Assembly: GCA_040954595.2 (NCBI GenBank)
Contig: CM082588.2
Location: 2,874,513-2,938,512 of the forward strand
Length of the DNA: 64,000 bases
Source of the DNA: Balanoglossus misakiensis
Taxonomy: Eukaryota; Animalia; Hemichordata
Direction: 5' to 3'
Positions 59,690-64,000 of the stretch are shown here, one piece after another (positions within the stretch are counted from its first letter, which is position 1; every line of letters begins with the position of its first letter). The notes beneath the pieces are model-generated. The model was given only the letters and a program-made list of their open reading frames with translations, made no database searches and was not told where the DNA came from. The position numbers and the translations under genes were made by a program.

Positions 59690-60850
59690 ATGCTGTTTGG
59701 GTTCTACAAGCCATTGTGTGTTTCACTGTGGTCGTTGATAATCGTGAAAACCAGCTCATCACGCGCCGATGCATTGCCCTCCTTCAGACAACAGCCAAGC
59801 GACGCCGACATCGTGTTCGACCACGGACAGACAAGCAGCGAGACAATTTCCTTAGAGTGCCAGTTGGACGGAATAACCGCCAACCAGACAGTGTCGTGGA
59901 TAAAGAACGGCTGCGTTGTAAGCCAAGACTACCAGGTAATCGACTGCGATCCTGACCAACGCCATCGCATCAACAAAAGCATCGGCAATCACACATACAA
60001 CCTATACGTCTCAGTCAACATTCAACATGTTTACGTCGACCACGGGAACTATACGTGCGTCGTCTTCGACCGAGAGTCTGACGTAGAGGTGACCCGCTCC
60101 AGGACAGCCCGCATAAACATTTCCGTTGTTCCCCGCGAGACACACCCTGTCTGCCAGGACAAAGACTTCAACGCTTCGGATATCATCAAAGAAGGGCAAA
60201 AATGCATTCTTTATTGTATGTCGGATCTTGGATGGCCCTACGTGCAGTTGGAACTTCACAGGATTTGGGGAGAATCGACGACAGTTATTCAGCCGACAAG
60301 AGTTTACACAGAAGGCGGTTTTATTCATGCCGAGTATGACTGGTACGCGACCAGCGAGGATAACGGAGTGCAATTTATGTGCCGGGCCACCCACCCCGGC
60401 TTTTCGGTTCCGCGTGAGCCGGAGCGAAAAACTAACTGCACTTTTGGACCATACAATAACGTCCATTATGCGCCAAAGGTGGCGCTAGAGCCCACACAAT
60501 ACAATATCACATTCCCCCAAGATATCACGTTCAACTGCAGCGCCTCGGCCAATCCACAGGTTGAAAAGCTGGCCTTGCAGCTGGGAAATATGTCAGCACT
60601 CGTCACGACTGGGAATACGTTAACTTTCAGTACCACTCTCCCAGCTGACAGTCAGCTCAATGGCCAATATGAGGTCACCTGCGCGGCCGAAAACGACGCC
60701 GGCAAAGGGATGGCCACTGGCATTCTGATTGTACAGTTTAACGTTGAAGGTGACAAAGACGCTGTGTCGACGTCACCACCTGCGGTCCAAGTCGGCGTAC
60801 ACCTTTGGTTTGTGATAGTAATAATCAAAATCTTATTTCAGACTCCATGA
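59690..60850 (+). CDS. IgSF protein 8: 3 Ig domains with no cytoplasmic tail; probable GPI-anchored form (386 aa, single-exon CDS)
   Basis: Signal MLFGFYKPLCVSLWSLIIVKTSS. LECQL..VSWIKNG..DHGNYTCVV, LYCMSDLGWP..FMCRATHPGF, FNCSASANP..YEVTCAAENDAG. Ends with small residues (DAVSTS), a spacer and the hydrophobic segment VGVHLWFVIVIIKILF immediately before the stop. Most similar to receptor 7. Confidence 0.88.
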   Translation: MLFGFYKPLCVSLWSLIIVKTSSSRADALPSFRQQPSDADIVFDHGQTSSETISLECQLDGITANQTVSWIKNGCVVSQDYQVIDCDPDQRHRINKSIGNHTYNLYVSVNIQHVYVDHGNYTCVVFDRESDVEVTRSRTARINISVVPRETHPVCQDKDFNASDIIKEGQKCILYCMSDLGWPYVQLELHRIWGESTTVIQPTRVYTEGGFIHAEYDWYATSEDNGVQFMCRATHPGFSVPREPERKTNCTFGPYNNVHYAPKVALEPTQYNITFPQDITFNCSASANPQVEKLALQLGNMSALVTTGNTLTFSTTLPADSQLNGQYEVTCAAENDAGKGMATGILIVQFNVEGDKDAVSTSPPAVQVGVHLWFVIVIIKILFQTP

Positions 60851-63800
60851 CACCACTTGAGTACTTGACGTCACAACACTGATAGCCTTTGACCCTCGCA
60901 GTGACTGACAAGTAGGGACGCTACTACAACCGATTTTCTTACCACAAGCGTCATGATGGTTGTACACCACCCGAAGTTTCCAAAAGACCAGATCTGACTG
61001 ATTGAGGGACTGGATCCATGAAGCATGTGAATAGCGCCCCCGAGCGACTGACCTTTCAGTCCGTAACGCGGATAAATCAGATTTTAACGGTGACAAAACT
61101 AGTCAACCGAAGTGTTTTGTGCAATGAAATTACCCAGTAACAGAATACGTCCTTAAAATTTGACTGTAACCGCACGCCATTATCACATCCCTGCTATTCG
61201 TAACCATATTTACTGCTAGAGTAAGTAAGATATGAAGTTCAGTCTGAAATATTATTTAGAAAACTTAAAACACTAGTCACATTAGGGCATTAGTTAGGCA
61301 AGCATAGCATCTTACTACAACCTTGAATTACTCTGTGAACCCCAGGCACATTGCATTGATCAAATTTAAGCGGCAAAGTCGCGTTATGCTTTTCGATATC
61401 TGAAGTTAATTTAACAAATATACAACTATAACTTTCCACTCCAATTGTGTCGTTTGTGTTTTCTCATTTTCCGTCTCATCATATCCTATCAAGTCGAAGT
61501 ATAATAAAGATCATCTGGGTCACGCGGATTCAATTACAGTGAAACGATACGGTAAGTTCCGTCCTGGGACTAGCTGTCCATGTTCACTGTATCTGCGCAT
61601 GGATAATGGAGGGCGATATCAGTCCAGTTATCGTCATTTTTCACATTATGCCCCAGTGAAGCCATTCCATTCGGGGTGAGCGCGCGATAGTGGTTTTTTA
61701 TGACTAAAATAGTGTTTGTGCCATCTGGAACGGCTAAGTGCAATGTGTAATTAGGCAGTCAAATTATGCCAAGTTCAACTTATTTCAACTTGAAACCAAT
61801 CTACACGTATTTAGTTGAACAATCTCTCTTGGATTGCCTCATATAAGGATTCAACTTGTCACGTTGTAGATCTTTGGCAAAAAGCCCATGCCACATGGTG
61901 AATCTTTTTCTCTCGATGCTCGAATGCACATTGAGTACACAAACCACATTTCACTTCTCGTCATGTAACAGAAGATAGGATATGCAGGACCTCGACAATC
62001 TTGAAGACAGTAATTCTCTGGGTAGTATGCGTGTCTTACTTTACCGATGAAATATATCCTCGTCTAACGCGTAAATTACATTTTATTACAACATTATTGC
62101 CACGAGCATACATTATAGACTATCCCAGTACATGTACTTAACCGATGCTACGGAAAAAAATAAGAGCAAAGTTTGACACGTGACCGGCGGGCGTTTGGAT
62201 GGCATGGTAAGGTCATTAAGGTGTCTGGCGGACAAGGGCCATCAAATGAACACGACCTTTTAAATTTTCTGACACGGGGACAATTTATTGGTGATTTCCA
62301 AGCGGTCCTTCGAAGTCTGGCTGTGAATTAAGGTCACCACCAGCTTCCTTGTTTTTCCTTGACTGCATCACGGTCGGGCGGCTATCGAAAATGACGATAA
62401 CAGAGTCATTCGGTTTGGTTAGTAGTAAAAGATGTTGGGAACGTTTTCTCTATCGACTGTATAACTGCCGTCTTGACCTGTTTTCTTTCTGTCTCTCCTT
62501 AAATGGTTAGATTTCCCTCGTTCTGTATTATATTAAAACCTCGTCTGATACAGGGCGTTGTTCCTTGAACTTGTAAGGGAGGGAGGGTGGAGAAATATTC
62601 AAAATATTCTCTCAAAAGCAATCAGACATGATCAGACCTGACAGTACATTTTTACAAGTACGAAAACGTCGACTTTGTATCTCCACGACCCTTCAAAGCC
62701 ATTTTCGCTACTTAGTAGGTTTGTCCAGAATTATCTCTGTTCCAGATAGTCGGTATTGCTCTAAGACAACTAAAGCCACCCCCGTACCCCGACCCTTTTA
62801 AATCACACGGGTAATTGATATTCTCAGCTAGCATACAGTATTCATTGTTGGACAATGTATAAAAGATGATCGTCTCGTATCAATTTAAAATCTAATGTAT
62901 TAAAACTTCACACGACATAAAAGGGTGTGGCCGCTTCAATGTGACTCCACTTGTGAGAAATCGGTTCCCATGCAGACAGACTCTGACATCTGATGCTTTC
63001 GAAATGTCAGATATATTTGATTCCTTTCTTTGGTCGATTGTGATTAGTTTAATGGCGGTGACGCTGAGACTCACACGTAAGCAGAGTAGACGAGAAAGGT
63101 TACAGGGAGGCACAGAACAGTCGGGTTGTAATACACATAGATTATCTAGCAATTAAATTATCACAATATTCGCAACAACATAAGCTATCAAGAGAAACTC
63201 AAATAACCAAAATTATTTCAGGCGATTTTGTCCTTTTAATAATTGGTATGAGAAGAGACATAATTAATTAGACATTTTATCTCGGAAGACACCACAAATA
63301 TTGAAAGACGTTTATTGATATCACCCCCAAGATGGGGGGTGTTGCCTTTCACGTCGGTAATTTCTCACTGAATAACAACGACCTTCGTTGGGAATACTTT
63401 GACGGGTGTCAGCTCTGAATTTCTGTTGCCGACTGGTTCAGTGAACCGAGGCACTAAACTCTGTGTTATCTGTTGACCTCTGTTAATGATATCTTTCAAT
63501 TTTCTCGGACATTCTTCGAAATCTGCACCTTTACATGTTTACGATAAAATTCCCTGATGTTGGGATGGAAATGTAAATTTGATAATTTTCCATTTTATTT
63601 AAATTTAGTGTCATGTTCCTAATATGACATATTAAACTGTGAATTCTCTGTGCTCCGATGGTGGGCATATCCTGTTGTTTGTCTGCACATGCAGATTACA
63701 ACGTCAACGTACGTCAAATGGTTAATGATACCTGCTCCTATCAGTACATTTACACGTTGAAAAGTAACATCACGAAAATAATGCCAAAAGTGCAGCTTGT

Positions 63801-64000
63801 TGGTATGAAAAGCCTTGGCTGTCTTAAGGAGTCACAACATGAGCATTGAATAAAACATTGATGAGGTACATCATGGCCATTTGTCATCTGAAGATGAGAC
63901 CTCGATCGATTCAGTAACAAGAACATGAATACGTTAATCTCTCACTGGGGAGTTGTTGACAAGAACGAACAATTCCGTATATGTACGAGGTTTAAACGTA

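Noticed and set aside
36231-60488. Many short ORFs antisense to or overlapping the Ig genes
   Set aside because: These are shadow frames of GC-richer coding sequence with no recognisable domains.
36179-60850. Somatic rearrangement system (V segments with RSS, or protocadherin-like variable exons spliced to a constant region)
   Set aside because: Each ORF is complete with its own stop and tail or anchor, I saw no convincing heptamer-spacer-nonamer signals flanking them, and the genes lie on both strands.
60851-64000. Further Ig genes or pseudogenes after gene 8 and in the 53.6-59.6 kb gap
   Set aside because: I found no ORF or fragment with the family's C..W..C pattern or the PxC/CxxGPF signature by eye. 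Highly decayed copies cannot be excluded without tBLASTn.

Overview
This is animal genomic DNA, not prokaryotic: it has GT-AG introns, poly(A) signals and a satellite array. The gene content suggests a marine invertebrate, possibly a hemichordate or echinoderm, but the taxon cannot be proven from the sequence. There are four parts. (1) A small + strand gene (CDS 3331-3465 + 3595-3732, 90 aa) encodes a signal peptide, a propeptide and an acidic 8-Cys knottin-like peptide; the ORF track misses the spliced product. (2) A ~19.6 kb tandem array of an 87-bp AT-rich satellite (~225 copies, ~3960-23600) has internal 12-mer and 13-mer higher-order blocks, and its huge minus-strand ORFs are artefacts. 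(3) An 18-exon, 828-aa GABA-B-receptor-like class C GPCR lies on the minus strand (34680 to 24511) and has a divergent ligand pocket. (4) A compact cluster (36.2-60.9 kb) holds eight Ig-superfamily surface proteins whose entire CDSs are intronless. They are built from three shared Ig modules in different combinations (D1-D2-D3, D1-D2 or D3 alone). They end in different signalling outputs: ITIM+ITSM, repeated YxKP, Grb2-type YxN, PDZ-type C-termini, or a probable GPI anchor. A perfect NF-kB site precedes the last member. This cluster is the best candidate for an undescribed system, an invertebrate immune or self/non-self receptor array. All coordinates were read by hand and no searches were run.
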